Position numbers and translations under genes: made by a program. Of a stretch of 64,000 nt of DNA, positions 8,949 to 19,821 are shown one piece after another. Origin of the DNA: Candidatus Poribacteria bacterium (GTDB taxonomy: Bacteria; Poribacteria; WGA-4E; WGA-3G); assembly GCA_965205025.1 (NCBI GenBank), contig CBDBFU010000012.1:1-64000 (forward strand), written 5' to 3'. Each line of letters begins with the position of its first letter. Positions within the stretch are counted from its first letter, which is position 1. The notes beneath the pieces were generated by a model. It ran no database searches and was not told where the DNA came from. It worked only from the letters and a program-made list of their open reading frames with translations.

Positions 8949-9590
8949 CTAAGAGACACTTAGTTGGTAACAGATACCTTGATAAGACAGTAAATTGGTG
9001 CGGGTCAGGTCTGGTAAGCATAGAAGGTCGTTGTTGCTCAGATCAATTCGCGCCGATTGATTATTGGGTTCAATCAGTTTGATTGAAGCACCATCTTTTT
9101 CGTTCTGAAATCGAAAAAAACAGATACTTTCACCCACACTCTCATTCAATATCTTTGTTTCATCTATCTTAATGTCATATTGAGATGTATCTTCATTTAG
9201 AAAAAGATTAGATATTACTGCGGTCGTATCCAAATGTGAAGTCTTTCTAACAATAGCAATTTCAATACTCTCATCAGTTGTAATTATTTCATAAGTTGTA
9301 TGGTGAGGTATAAACGCTACTGATGCTTTTCCAGAAAAAACATTAGACCTATTCCCCAATAAACCTATTGCTTTGTTTCCATTATGACCAACTAATAATT
9401 TACACTTTCCACCCAGTGTAACCAAGACAACTTGGCAGTCATCTGTATTGCCAGAAAAGGTTGAATCAGGAGTAAGATTGAGTAAACCAAATTCCAGCGA
9501 TTCAATCCCATACTCGCCTCTACTTAGAATTTGGTTGTATCCATCCATTAAAAGATCATTGTTACTAATATGCATCCGATTAAAAATCAC
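8949..9590 (-). CDS. IolB-like (5-deoxy-glucuronate isomerase-like) cupin, divergent
   Basis: The N-half resembles IolB (FGLLNL, LGGKC, GNRSNVFSG, AFIP). The C-half lacks recognisable catalytic His motifs. Confidence 0.55.
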   Translation of the reverse strand: MIFNRMHISNNDLLMDGYNQILSRGEYGIESLEFGLLNLTPDSTFSGNTDDCQVVLVTLGGKCKLLVGHNGNKAIGLLGNRSNVFSGKASVAFIPHHTTYEIITTDESIEIAIVRKTSHLDTTAVISNLFLNEDTSQYDIKIDETKILNESVGESICFFRFQNEKDGASIKLIEPNNQSARIDLSNNDLLCLPDLTRTNLLSYQGICYQLSVS

Positions 9591-10158
9591 TTAGCTGTTC
9601 TATAAGGCTTGCCAAAGGTAGTCCTACGACATTAAAATAACAACCTTCTATTCGATTAACAAAAGCAGCACCTCGTCCTTGAATTCCGTATGCTCCTGCT
9701 TTATCCAATGGTTCACCACAATTTACATATTCCTCAATTTCCATTGGGTTAAGTTCTCTAAAATGTACCTTTGTTACCTCATTCCATGTTACTTCTTTAC
9801 TGAGTTCAACATTAATTAAACAAACACCTGTCACGACTTTGTGTTTTTTACCACTAAGTTTTTTAAGAATACTACGTGCATGTTCTGGATTATCTGGTTT
9901 ACCTAATAATTCGTTTTTATATGCTACTAATGTATCCGCACCTATAATTACCCCTTCAGTATAACGTTCTGCCACAGATTTTGCTTTCATAGACGCAAGT
10001 TGTTGTGTGGCGGATGCGGGGGTGACAGAACCATTAAAAGATGGTTCTTCAATATCGCTTGGATAAATCTCGAATGTTAGTCCGATTTGAGATAAAAGAT
10101 CAGCACGCCGCGGGGAAGATGAGGCTAAAATCAAACGTGTTGATTTAATATTGGGCAT
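9580..10158 (-). CDS. maf: Maf family dTTP/UTP pyrophosphatase
   Basis: LILASSSPRR, IGADT, LGKP, DKAGAYGIQG, NVVGLPL. Confidence 0.95.
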   Translation of the reverse strand: MPNIKSTRLILASSSPRRADLLSQIGLTFEIYPSDIEEPSFNGSVTPASATQQLASMKAKSVAERYTEGVIIGADTLVAYKNELLGKPDNPEHARSILKKLSGKKHKVVTGVCLINVELSKEVTWNEVTKVHFRELNPMEIEEYVNCGEPLDKAGAYGIQGRGAAFVNRIEGCYFNVVGLPLASLIEQLSDF

Positions 10159-10164
10159 ATGTAC

Positions 10165-10440
10165 TTATTTTAGGCAATACCATTGATCACGATTCTTATC
10201 TTGTACTTGTAGGAGATTTGCATCTATTAACTCTGTAATTCCAGAATCAATATCTGCCTTAGAAAAACCTACTTTCCCAAGAATCTCGTCTCTATTTGGT
10301 GTCCGAAACCATTCTGGCTTTTCGAGTGAATCAGACTTCCCCCGAAATACATCAAGGGCACTATACAAGCGCAAAGTTCTTGATGATAATCCGAGTAGAG
10401 GATTCATATTTGCATAGAACTCAGTTGTTTGTTTTTCCAC
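10165..10440 (-). CDS. Hypothetical protein (possible winged-helix)
   Basis: 91-aa ORF with a GAGG RBS, co-oriented with maf and 6 bp from it. Confidence 0.6.
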   Translation of the reverse strand: MEKQTTEFYANMNPLLGLSSRTLRLYSALDVFRGKSDSLEKPEWFRTPNRDEILGKVGFSKADIDSGITELIDANLLQVQDKNRDQWYCLK

Positions 10441-10775
10441 TTTATTATCCTCATGTCTTGTATTTATTATGTTCTTTCAAGAAATTGAACGTGATTCAAT
10501 AATATAAGGTTACATTTAAACTTACAAAAATTCAATTATAGTATATTCAAAATCAATTTATTGATACTTTTATGGTCTAATTATGTGATAGAATCTATAT
10601 TTCAAGTATACAAAGGTTTTTATTTCAAATATAGTTACATTCTGATAAAGGTCTTTTCTGTCAATTGAATGCTTCTGTTGAGTAATGCATCTGTCTTGAT
10701 TCTAAGGTTTTATTCTGATATACTGATTACATTAATCAGTAACGATATTAGAGAGTATAGGATTATATTTAATAG

Positions 10776-12995
10776 GTGATGATTATGTCTCGTTATAGAA
10801 ATAGACAACGTTCATTAAATGCTCTCCTCATCGCTGGTATTGCACACATGTGTTTTGCTATCTCAATTACTATATATTATTACAAGCATACAATTAATGA
10901 AATTGAAGATGTTGTTGGTGTTGAATTAATCGACATGAAAGCACTTGAAAGACAACAACGCAGGCTTAAACGTCAACCCAAAAAACTCAATACCCCACAA
11001 AAGACAAAAGAACTTACTGAATATAGTCCAAGGAATATATCATTATCTGCTACTTCAAATCCAATTGATGAGACAGTCCGTCCTTCTGAGGAAATTCTCT
11101 TGAATAGTGCTACAGAAACTGTTTCTGATTCAATAACAGATCTTCCAGATGTAACAACACACGCTGAACAACTCAATAGTAGCACTACTGCCTTACCAAA
11201 AGCAGTGGCAAGTCCATTTGAAATTACATCAGGTGCTGGTGAAAAGAGTCTAAGACAACGGGTTAAAGGAGATGGTGAGAGTGGTTTTCATAGATTTAAT
11301 TCTACTGGAACATCAGAAATTGGTGGAATTGGTGATGGATTAGGACAAGAAACTGGAGGTGGAAAGGGTGATGGAGCTGGAAGTGGGGATTCGACGAATC
11401 CTTTTGCCGAGGCACTAAAACGAATTGCTGACCACATCATCGGTACACGGACTCTTGAAAAAGTCAATATAGTCTTTGTCCTTGATACAAGTGCAAGTAT
11501 GCAAGATAACATCCAACAGGTGGCGAAGAATCTATACAGCATGACAGATGAATTTGATCTAATAAACCTTGAATATCATATAGGGATGACAGAATTTAGT
11601 GTACGACGAGAAGGACAAGAATTAAATACTCGCTCACTTGTACCGGATGTTGGAATCGTAAAACGTAGAATGGAAAAAACCCAACTAAGTGGAGATGAAA
11701 ATGCACTTGACGCTCTGATGGAAACATTGACATTTATTGATTTTCATCTTGATGCAGATAAATTCATTATTCTGGTAACTGACGAACCAGCAACAAGTAT
11801 GCGAAAAAACGAACCCTTGGAAACTATTCGCGAAAAAGTAATTGACCAATGTAAATCACAAGAAATCCGTGTAAACATTCTCGGTTTCCCAGAACCTTTT
11901 CAGGAAAAATTATCGCAGAATACTGGTGGAATTTGGCAGGAAATTCCTGGTGGAACCAGAAATCCTGGGTCTCTTCCAACCAATCGCGTTGGAAATCAAA
12001 AGCTGCTAAAAACCTTTCGAAATATCGCTACAGACATTCGTAGAAACGGTGGTAAATTACTCTTTAGTCTTGATTTACAGTTCGATATAGAAATTGAAGG
12101 TGATGATATACCCTTAAAACAAATTAGTGATGCATTTAGAAAAAATGGAGTAGATTTAAAGAACGATACATTCCGTTCTCATCATGTAGATATAATTGAG
12201 AGAAAAAAGAATGATTTGTGGGTAATCACGGATTACGACATTGGTCAGGTTTTTACAGTTCGCAGGTTTGGGAATAAACTACATGTATACGCAGGAATTA
12301 CACCAGATAATTGGAGTTTTTTAGCAAATACTACAGCAACAACACAGCAACAAGGGAAAAGATGGACGATTAAAGATGAGACAAACAACCAAATCTATAC
12401 ATTAAAGCATGAGAAAGACAGACTAAATGTCTATACTGGGGGACACCCCGGGACAGCATCCAACAATGCATCTGAACCCATTGTAGACATAGTAATTATG
12501 TTAGATTACAGCAGGAGTATGGGAGGAAAATCCCAAGCACTCATGCTTGGAATAAGTACACTTATTGGAAATCTATCAATTTTACCTATCCAATATAGAA
12601 TTGGACTAATACGGTTTGCTGAAGCTAAAGATGCAATTAAAGTAATCGATGGTGCTGTTGTTACACAGATGCCAATCAACGAAGTGATAATTGAAACACT
12701 GATGCAAGACCCGTTTGGTGGAGATGAGCATCTAACAGATGCAATTGTTGAAGGATTACCTAAGATGAAGTTCAGTCCGTACGCACGACGTTTTATATTA
12801 ATTCTGACAGATGAACCAACTACAGGTAAATACTCCACTGAACAAGCACTTGAAACATGTAAGTCTTTAGGTATTACAGCGTATGTGGTAGGACATCCAA
12901 AAGAAGACGATTTTCAGTCCACACTTGCCAAAGAAACTGGTGGACTATTCTTTACTATGCCTAAATATACACCGAAATCATATCCAAATCAATAA
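10776..12995 (+). CDS. Membrane-anchored protein with two von Willebrand factor A domains
   Basis: N-terminal TM, Gly-rich linker, MIDAS motifs VFVLDTSAS and IMLDYSRS, each followed by ILV/LTDEP. Confidence 0.85.
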   Translation: MMIMSRYRNRQRSLNALLIAGIAHMCFAISITIYYYKHTINEIEDVVGVELIDMKALERQQRRLKRQPKKLNTPQKTKELTEYSPRNISLSATSNPIDETVRPSEEILLNSATETVSDSITDLPDVTTHAEQLNSSTTALPKAVASPFEITSGAGEKSLRQRVKGDGESGFHRFNSTGTSEIGGIGDGLGQETGGGKGDGAGSGDSTNPFAEALKRIADHIIGTRTLEKVNIVFVLDTSASMQDNIQQVAKNLYSMTDEFDLINLEYHIGMTEFSVRREGQELNTRSLVPDVGIVKRRMEKTQLSGDENALDALMETLTFIDFHLDADKFIILVTDEPATSMRKNEPLETIREKVIDQCKSQEIRVNILGFPEPFQEKLSQNTGGIWQEIPGGTRNPGSLPTNRVGNQKLLKTFRNIATDIRRNGGKLLFSLDLQFDIEIEGDDIPLKQISDAFRKNGVDLKNDTFRSHHVDIIERKKNDLWVITDYDIGQVFTVRRFGNKLHVYAGITPDNWSFLANTTATTQQQGKRWTIKDETNNQIYTLKHEKDRLNVYTGGHPGTASNNASEPIVDIVIMLDYSRSMGGKSQALMLGISTLIGNLSILPIQYRIGLIRFAEAKDAIKVIDGAVVTQMPINEVIIETLMQDPFGGDEHLTDAIVEGLPKMKFSPYARRFILILTDEPTTGKYSTEQALETCKSLGITAYVVGHPKEDDFQSTLAKETGGLFFTMPKYTPKSYPNQ

Positions 12996-13009
12996 TATAG
13001 AGGAATTTA

Positions 13010-13528
13010 ATGTCAACTTCTACAAGCACACAACAACACAGAGAAATTGCAGCTGAAGAAGGTCCAGTATCTGTTGCCATAGTAACAGTAAGCGATTCCC
13101 GTACACCAGAGACAGATACTAACGCTGCTTTTCTACGTGAGCAACTTGAAGCAGAAGGTAATGGTGTCACTGCATATCAAATTATCAAAGATGAACCTGA
13201 TCAAGTGTCAGAAGTCTTAGATAAAATGGCAGATACCAATGCTCAAGTGATTATATTTAATGGTGGTACTGGAATCGCACCCCGCGATACTACCTTTGAT
13301 GTTCTTGATCGTAAATTAGAAAAGACCTTACCCGGGTTTGGAGAACTATTTCGAATGTTTAGTTATGATCAGGTAGGGGCTGCTGCAATGTTATCTCGTG
13401 CTACCGCTGGTGTCTATAGAGGGAAAGTTGTTGTCTCTACACCTGGTTCAAATGCTGCAGTTCGCTTAGCATGGGAAAAACTTATAGGTCCAGAACTTCA
13501 ACACTTAGCTTGGGAAGTTGGTCGTTAG
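13010..13528 (+). CDS. moaB: MogA/MoaB family molybdenum cofactor biosynthesis protein
   Basis: [34 protein letters not shown]. Confidence 0.9.
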   Translation: MSTSTSTQQHREIAAEEGPVSVAIVTVSDSRTPETDTNAAFLREQLEAEGNGVTAYQIIKDEPDQVSEVLDKMADTNAQVIIFNGGTGIAPRDTTFDVLDRKLEKTLPGFGELFRMFSYDQVGAAAMLSRATAGVYRGKVVVSTPGSNAAVRLAWEKLIGPELQHLAWEVGR

Positions 13529-13554
13529 GAATAGTCTGTCTCTCAAGACTAAAA

Positions 13555-14424
13555 CTATAATACCTCTCTTGTAAATGTGTATACACCTCTTAACCAAGAA
13601 CCATAATATAGGTTATTTGCATAACAAAAGTATAATACCTTGAGACCTATTACACATACCATACTTATAGCAAGTACACCAAGTAAAAAATAATCCAATC
13701 TTTTCATCAGAGAATCTCTGAGCGAAGTCCTCTGTGATGCGGTATCAGGTGAAAATCCACGACTTTCTACCGAATCCCCAAGGTTTGATGCATGCCTTAT
13801 ATTTCCTGCTATTATAGGTCTAAAACTGTTTACTGCTCCACGAAATACTTTAAAAAGATTAAGTTGGAGGTAACGAAATCCGCGTAATCTTTGGGAACGT
13901 ATTACAGTAGATGCCTCATTTGCTATCACAGGAATAAAATGAAGAGCAGTTGTTACCATAAATGCAAGTGCCCCAGGCATGCGTAACTGTCCGAACGCAA
14001 GCAATAGATCACGGGGTTGTGTAGACCAAACAATATAACAACCAAGAACGAGAGTCGTGTTGAACCTTAATGACTGGATGATTCCGTGATACATTCCCTC
14101 ACGATAAATTCGGATACCTCCTGTCCACTTTCCAATTATCGGTATCTCTGCTGGAATAATTGTAAATAAAACCGTCCGAGGATAAATGTTATAGAACATA
14201 CCTTGACTATAAATCAAACCCCAAGTAGTTAAGAATAAGAATATCACCAGTAATCTATACTGCTTAAGTGTAGGTTTTGACAGTAAAAGAAGGATCAGAC
14301 TTGATAAAAAACAGAAGATTAAGGCGGTAGGACTATCAAGGAGAATAACCAAAATACCAAAACACATCATGATGAGTATTTTAGTGCGAGTGTCAAGTTT
14401 TGTATTGGTTTTAGACATATTCAC
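13555..14424 (-). CDS. Energy-coupling factor transporter T component (EcfT/CbiQ)
   Basis: LDTRTK start, ALHFIP, QRLRG and ESRGF motifs. Confidence 0.85.
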   Translation of the reverse strand: MNMSKTNTKLDTRTKILIMMCFGILVILLDSPTALIFCFLSSLILLLLSKPTLKQYRLLVIFLFLTTWGLIYSQGMFYNIYPRTVLFTIIPAEIPIIGKWTGGIRIYREGMYHGIIQSLRFNTTLVLGCYIVWSTQPRDLLLAFGQLRMPGALAFMVTTALHFIPVIANEASTVIRSQRLRGFRYLQLNLFKVFRGAVNSFRPIIAGNIRHASNLGDSVESRGFSPDTASQRTSLRDSLMKRLDYFLLGVLAISMVCVIGLKVLYFCYANNLYYGSWLRGVYTFTREVL

Positions 14425-14618
14425 TACAATTCATTTATACAATAATGATTTTCAGTGTCATACTAAATGTTTGTTAGACCATTTCTAATAATTAGTGTCT
14501 CTTTAATGTAGCAACAAACTTCCAGTTTGTGCGGTATTTCAAGACAGGTGTAACAATTCTTCATGAGATATACATTTATAAAAATGGTATTACAATCAAA
14601 TATCTCTAAATAACAAAA

Positions 14619-16025
14619 TCAGGTGTGTTTCCTCCACTGACCATCTGTAACTCTGTCAATCAACAAACGTGCTTTTTGACTCTCACAAACCTGTTTCTCT
14701 ATTTCAATTGGATCCCACTGTTCTAACAGTTGGGATTCAAGTGAATCACAGATCTCCTGATATTCACCATTATTCGCAAGATTATTGAATTCCTCAGGAT
14801 CTTCAGATATATCATATAATTCAGGAGGATCTCCAAGACTATAATTGTATTTATACTTCCCTTTTCGTAACATTGCCATGGGACGTTGTACACCGTGGGC
14901 AAGATATTCAGAAAAAGCAGAATCTTTCCAATTCGAATCAGTTCCGTGAATCAAAGACAATAAACTATCTCCATCCAACTGGCTGGTAACCTGTTCTCCA
15001 GAAAAGTCAATCAGCGTAGCAGTCAAATCAACAAGAGACACAACTTCATCAATCCTACTACCTGCATGAAGACGATCTGGGAACATAATCTGCAGTGGTA
15101 TACGAACAGAGGCTTCATAGAAGTTTGACTTACGCCACATACCGTGTTCACCATTCATCTCACCGTGATCACTGGTATAAATTACTATCGTATTTTCTAA
15201 CTGACCTGTCTCCTTAAGCGCTTGAAGAAGATTTCCAATCTTTTCATCCAGATATGTAATCAATCCATAATAACCCACCCGTGCACGACGCACTAATTCC
15301 TCTGGAAAATCTATACATCCAAACATACTTCGCATACGTTGGTATACAGGATGTTGGTTCTCTAAATGTCCATCTGGTATATTTGGCATGTCAATTTCAT
15401 CAATTGGATACAGATCCCAAAATCGTTGTGGTACAACAAGCGGAAAATGTGGTGCGATAAAAGATACGTTTAAAGCCCAAGGTTGATTCTTCCTATCGGT
15501 TTCACGCAGATATGTTATAGCCTGTTCTTCAACAAGGTCATCTATTTCAATTTCTTTTGTTGTACCTGGTCCTGCTTCTGCCAATCCTTGCCATGGACGG
15601 GCTGCAGGTGGCGTACCTTTCTCCCAATCAGTTAATCCGTGTTGTCGTTCAGCATGTAGATCCCGTGCAAGTTGTGCCCGAAACCCGTGCAATTGATCCA
15701 TTCCTCCATAGTGCTGTTTACCTGACAATACAACATCATAGCCAGCAGAACGTAAGTAATGTGCCCATGTTACTGCATCAGGACGTAATGGTGCCGCATT
15801 ATCCCATGCCCCAATCTTATGGATATACCTACCTGTCATAAAAGACATTCTTGACGGCATGCAGAGGGGTGAATTGCAATATGCATTCGTAAAGGTAACC
15901 CCATTTTCAGCAAGTCTATCCATATGTGGCGTTTGCACAAGTGGATGTCCATAAGGACCACTATACATTGGGGCATGTTCATCTGACATGATGAGGAGGA
16001 TATTCGGAAGTTGGTTTGCAGACAT
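14619..16025 (-). CDS. Formylglycine-dependent sulfatase (choline-sulfatase-like)
   Basis: PNILLIMSDEH, CMPSR (CxPxR), SGKQH, TSDHG, ELYD..DP.E..NL. Confidence 0.92.
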   Translation of the reverse strand: MSANQLPNILLIMSDEHAPMYSGPYGHPLVQTPHMDRLAENGVTFTNAYCNSPLCMPSRMSFMTGRYIHKIGAWDNAAPLRPDAVTWAHYLRSAGYDVVLSGKQHYGGMDQLHGFRAQLARDLHAERQHGLTDWEKGTPPAARPWQGLAEAGPGTTKEIEIDDLVEEQAITYLRETDRKNQPWALNVSFIAPHFPLVVPQRFWDLYPIDEIDMPNIPDGHLENQHPVYQRMRSMFGCIDFPEELVRRARVGYYGLITYLDEKIGNLLQALKETGQLENTIVIYTSDHGEMNGEHGMWRKSNFYEASVRIPLQIMFPDRLHAGSRIDEVVSLVDLTATLIDFSGEQVTSQLDGDSLLSLIHGTDSNWKDSAFSEYLAHGVQRPMAMLRKGKYKYNYSLGDPPELYDISEDPEEFNNLANNGEYQEICDSLESQLLEQWDPIEIEKQVCESQKARLLIDRVTDGQWRKHT

Positions 16026-16410
16026 GGGTTTATAGACTATTGGTTATTGCATTACGGGCACATTATTTCTTCAAAGATATTTCTATATCTAATAAGTCTT
16101 ACAACATCATCACGTATCTGATCTATCCAATTATTCCATTTCTCCAATCGTTGTTCCATGACTATTCCTTTTATGTAGATGCTTAATGTTCCATACTTTG
16201 GAAGGCAAATTCAATTCTAATATAGCATCTAATCTGAACTTGATCTCTAACATGATGTGTTCTAAGTCATCAATTTTAAATAAGGTATTGTATGTTTTAA
16301 ATCTTACCATGCAAAGTTGAGTATGTCAATCAATGCCAATTCAACGTGACCCATTTACGGTAATATGATATACTGATAAAAAATCTAAATTATGTGGAGA
16401 TTATATCAAA

Positions 16411-17346
16411 ATGAGTAATGAATGGGTTGTTTATGAAGGAAACAATGGACCTGGAAAAGGTAAACATATTGTACTGGTAAGTGGTGATGAAGAATACCGA
16501 TCAGAAGAAGCACTACCGATGTTAGGAAAAGTATTAGCAACACACCACGGTTTTAAATGCACTGTATTGTTCGCAATTAACCCAGATACAGGTGAAATCG
16601 ATCCTGAAGACCAGACGAATATTCCAGGACTTCATCATTTGGAATCCGCGGATATGATGATATTGTTCACACGTTTCCGTGAGCTACCCGATGAACAGAT
16701 GAAATATATCATTGACTATACGAATGCAGGGAAACCTGTAATGGGTCTACGGACTGCAACACACGCATTCAACTATAGTCGTAACCAAGATAGTCCTTAC
16801 GCAAAGTATAGTTTTAACAGCCAAGACTTTGACGGTGGATACGGTAGACAAGTTCTTGGCGAAACTTGGATTAACCATCACGGACACCACGGACATGAAA
16901 GTGCACGGGGTGTAATAGATGAGTCGAATAAAGACCATCCTATACTAAAAGGGGTTACCGATGTATGGGGTCCGTCAGATGTATACGGTATAAAAGAACT
17001 GACTGGTGATTCACAGGTATTAGTTCACGGACAAGTGTTAGTAGGTATGGAACCAACTGATGAACCGAAAGCAGATACCATTACAATGCCTATGGCATGG
17101 ATCAAAACCTATACTGGGGATACAGGGAATACTTGTCGAGTATTCAATACAACAATGGGAGCATCGGTAGATTTAGAGAGTGAAGGCCTTCGTAGACTTC
17201 TTGTGAATGGATGTTATTGGTGTATGGGGATTGAAGAGGCAATTCCAGATGAGAGTGTAGTAGATTATGTGGGAGATTATTCTCCAACATTCTTCGGTTT
17301 TGGAACATATCAGAAAGGTCTTAAACCCTCTGACCATTCATTGTAA
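16411..17346 (+). CDS. ThuA-like (class I glutamine amidotransferase-like) domain protein
   Basis: GKHIVLVSGDEEYRSEE, GLRTATHAF, RVFNTTMG. Confidence 0.8.
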   Translation: MSNEWVVYEGNNGPGKGKHIVLVSGDEEYRSEEALPMLGKVLATHHGFKCTVLFAINPDTGEIDPEDQTNIPGLHHLESADMMILFTRFRELPDEQMKYIIDYTNAGKPVMGLRTATHAFNYSRNQDSPYAKYSFNSQDFDGGYGRQVLGETWINHHGHHGHESARGVIDESNKDHPILKGVTDVWGPSDVYGIKELTGDSQVLVHGQVLVGMEPTDEPKADTITMPMAWIKTYTGDTGNTCRVFNTTMGASVDLESEGLRRLLVNGCYWCMGIEEAIPDESVVDYVGDYSPTFFGFGTYQKGLKPSDHSL

Positions 17347-17413
17347 TTCAATCAATTACATCCCGATGATAGTCAAACCCAGTTGATATTATACGAACTT
17401 TTATAGTTGAATT

Positions 17414-17458
17414 AAAAGAGTCGGACTGGTTATATACATATACCAGTCCGACTCTTTT
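17414..17458. terminator. Bidirectional intrinsic terminator
   Basis: AAAAGAGTCGGACTGGT-loop-ACCAGTCCGACTCTTTT between convergent genes. Confidence 0.85.
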
Positions 17459-17469
17459 GAATGTTGGAA

Positions 17470-18234
17470 TTACAATGAAAGAATTCCACCTTCAACAAGC
17501 ATGGGTGCACCGGTCATATATCTTGATTCATCTGAGGCTAAATAGACTGCCGCCCAAGCTATATCTTCCGGTTCACCAATTCCTAAAGGATGTAAATCTG
17601 TGATTTCCTTGTTAATTCCTTCTGGGTCGTCCTGTTGTTCTAAGAATTCCTTATACAGTTCCGTATTTATAGTTCCTGGACATAAACTATTTACTCGGAT
17701 ATTGTCCTCAGCATAGCGAACAGCCATACTGCGGGACAGGTGTACAACAGCAGCTTTAGAGGATGTATAGGCAGGATGCATTGGAAAGCCAACAAACGCC
17801 GATTCACTCGCCATATTTATAATCGATCCACCACCAGCATCTCTCATCAAGGGGATAATTGTTCGTGAAACAAGAAAAATGCTTTTCACATTAACATTGT
17901 ATTGTCGATCCCAATCTGCCTCTGTGATTTCCTCTAATTCACCTACTACAGCAATTCCGGCATTATTAAACAAAACATTTGGATTGCCATATTTTGACTC
18001 AACTTGACGAGATGCATTCTCTATCTGAGCTGAATCTGTCACATCACATTCACAGAAAATCGCATTTCCACCGTTTCCATTAATACTGCTGACAACCGTT
18101 TCACCACGTTCACTATTCACATCCCAAATCGCAACGTTTGCACCTTCATTGGAGAATAATTCTGCACTTTTCGCCCCGATTCCTCGGGCTGCCCCTGTAA
18201 TTATGGCAGTTTTTCCTTCAAGTCTATTTGACAT
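17470..18234 (-). CDS. Short-chain dehydrogenase/reductase
   Basis: TGAARGIG, NNAG, YTSSK, IRVNSLCPG. Confidence 0.95.
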   Translation of the reverse strand: MSNRLEGKTAIITGAARGIGAKSAELFSNEGANVAIWDVNSERGETVVSSINGNGGNAIFCECDVTDSAQIENASRQVESKYGNPNVLFNNAGIAVVGELEEITEADWDRQYNVNVKSIFLVSRTIIPLMRDAGGGSIINMASESAFVGFPMHPAYTSSKAAVVHLSRSMAVRYAEDNIRVNSLCPGTINTELYKEFLEQQDDPEGINKEITDLHPLGIGEPEDIAWAAVYLASDESRYMTGAPMLVEGGILSL

Positions 18235-18276
18235 GTGTATTCCTGATTTTATTTTGAGTGAGTCTTGCCACTACGA

Positions 18277-19086
18277 TTACAATTCCTTTAAAATCTTAAC
18301 CCATCGTGTCCATGCATCTTTTGTTGCTTTTTTCTGTGCTTCATTGGCATTCTCATCCATACCACGTCTTAAGAACGCATGTCCAACATCTTTGTAGATT
18401 ACTGGTTCATACTTTACACTTGCTGCATCTGCAGTCTCCTTTGTAGAATCAATTGTAGCATTAATTCTATTATCATTTTCACCATAAAAACCGTAAACAG
18501 GTACAGATATATTTGCTACATCTTCCACTGATGGTGCAGAACCGTAAAATACAAACGCTGCTGCAATCTCATCTGATGCAACAGCATATTGGAAAGATTT
18601 ACTACCACCCCAACAAAATCCAGATACACCTACCTTATCACTTGTTGATGGAAGATCATGTACATATTTAAACACCGCATCCAAGTCAGTTTTAACGCGT
18701 TCTGCTGATAATCCACGAATAGCACGTCGCACCTCATCACCAGAATCAAAACTTTCTGTTCCACCACCATCTGGTCCCATACCTGAAAGTAGATCTGGAC
18801 ATATTGCGACAAATCCTTCAGCAGCAAGTCTATCTGCAACAAGCCTTATCCAATCGGTTAAACCAAAGATCTCATGTATTACTATAATAGCCGTTGCTGG
18901 TTCTTTCACTTCTGGGTATACAATAAATGAATTTACCTTGTGATTATCTGAAGTAACAATTTCTACCCATTCACCATGTCGAGGTGACTTCTCTAACTCA
19001 TCCTTAATACTGTCGGCATACAGATTTCCAATTATAAATTGAGTTGTCAGTAATACTGTTAGCATTAAAATTGGACTATATTTCAT
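18277..19086 (-). CDS. Dienelactone hydrolase family protein (secreted)
   Basis: Signal peptide, IHEIFGL, GFCWGG, GHAF. Confidence 0.92.
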   Translation of the reverse strand: MKYSPILMLTVLLTTQFIIGNLYADSIKDELEKSPRHGEWVEIVTSDNHKVNSFIVYPEVKEPATAIIVIHEIFGLTDWIRLVADRLAAEGFVAICPDLLSGMGPDGGGTESFDSGDEVRRAIRGLSAERVKTDLDAVFKYVHDLPSTSDKVGVSGFCWGGSKSFQYAVASDEIAAAFVFYGSAPSVEDVANISVPVYGFYGENDNRINATIDSTKETADAASVKYEPVIYKDVGHAFLRRGMDENANEAQKKATKDAWTRWVKILKEL

Positions 19087-19106
19087 AATTTCTCCTTAGA
19101 TTAAGA

Positions 19107-19685
19107 TTAGTATTTTAACCTGGGTTCCCACCCATCAGGTCCATTTGCCAGTAGATCAAATAGATGCCATGTTGGACAAAATAGGTCCCCAGGACCAAAA
19201 TACGCATTTTGTATATTGAATATTCTACCATCAGTTTTGCTATGAAAAGTTGATACTCCTGGCAACCAACCTTCCTCACCTCTGAAACCTAAATCCTCAG
19301 TAAAGGTAGATCCGTCACTTGAATATATCTTAAATTGCCAACCTCTTTTCACGGCAAATTCATTCTGTGTATCAGGGGTGTCAGGTGACACCACTACAAA
19401 TCCGGCACGGTTTTCCAAATGTGGTAGCAAACCATTGAATCCATCTGCCCACATTGTACAATATGGACAACTTACACCCATATTATGAACAACAATCAGA
19501 TCTGTCTTATTCCCAAACAGTTCAGATAGTCTAACTTCCTTACCACTAACACTTTTTAATTTATAATCCTGAACTGATTGATGTTTAAGTTGACTTTTTA
19601 ACTCGATTAATTTCTTCTGTTTTTCAAAAAGATACCTCTCTAAACTATTAATTTCATCCTTTAAAGACTTCTCATCACTTGTCAT
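19107..19685 (-). CDS. DUF899 family thioredoxin-like protein
   Basis: LSELFG.K.DL.V.HNMG..CPYCTMWADG, PGVSTF. Confidence 0.8.
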   Translation of the reverse strand: MTSDEKSLKDEINSLERYLFEKQKKLIELKSQLKHQSVQDYKLKSVSGKEVRLSELFGNKTDLIVVHNMGVSCPYCTMWADGFNGLLPHLENRAGFVVVSPDTPDTQNEFAVKRGWQFKIYSSDGSTFTEDLGFRGEEGWLPGVSTFHSKTDGRIFNIQNAYFGPGDLFCPTWHLFDLLANGPDGWEPRLKY

Positions 19686-19726
19686 AATATTCCTTAATTT
19701 AAACTCTGAGAGTACAATTTAAAAAA

Positions 19727-19753
19727 TCGTCTCCTATTTGAAATTGGAGACGA
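19727..19753 (-). terminator. Probable intrinsic terminator of the ECF operon
   Basis: TCGTCTCC..GGAGACGA hairpin with an A-run on its left (U-tail on the minus strand). Confidence 0.55.
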
Positions 19754-19821
19754 CTATTTTACATGTGAACCTACCAACAACTAAGTAGGAAGTTTAATGA
19801 AGTTAATTTTTTTCGTGTGAA

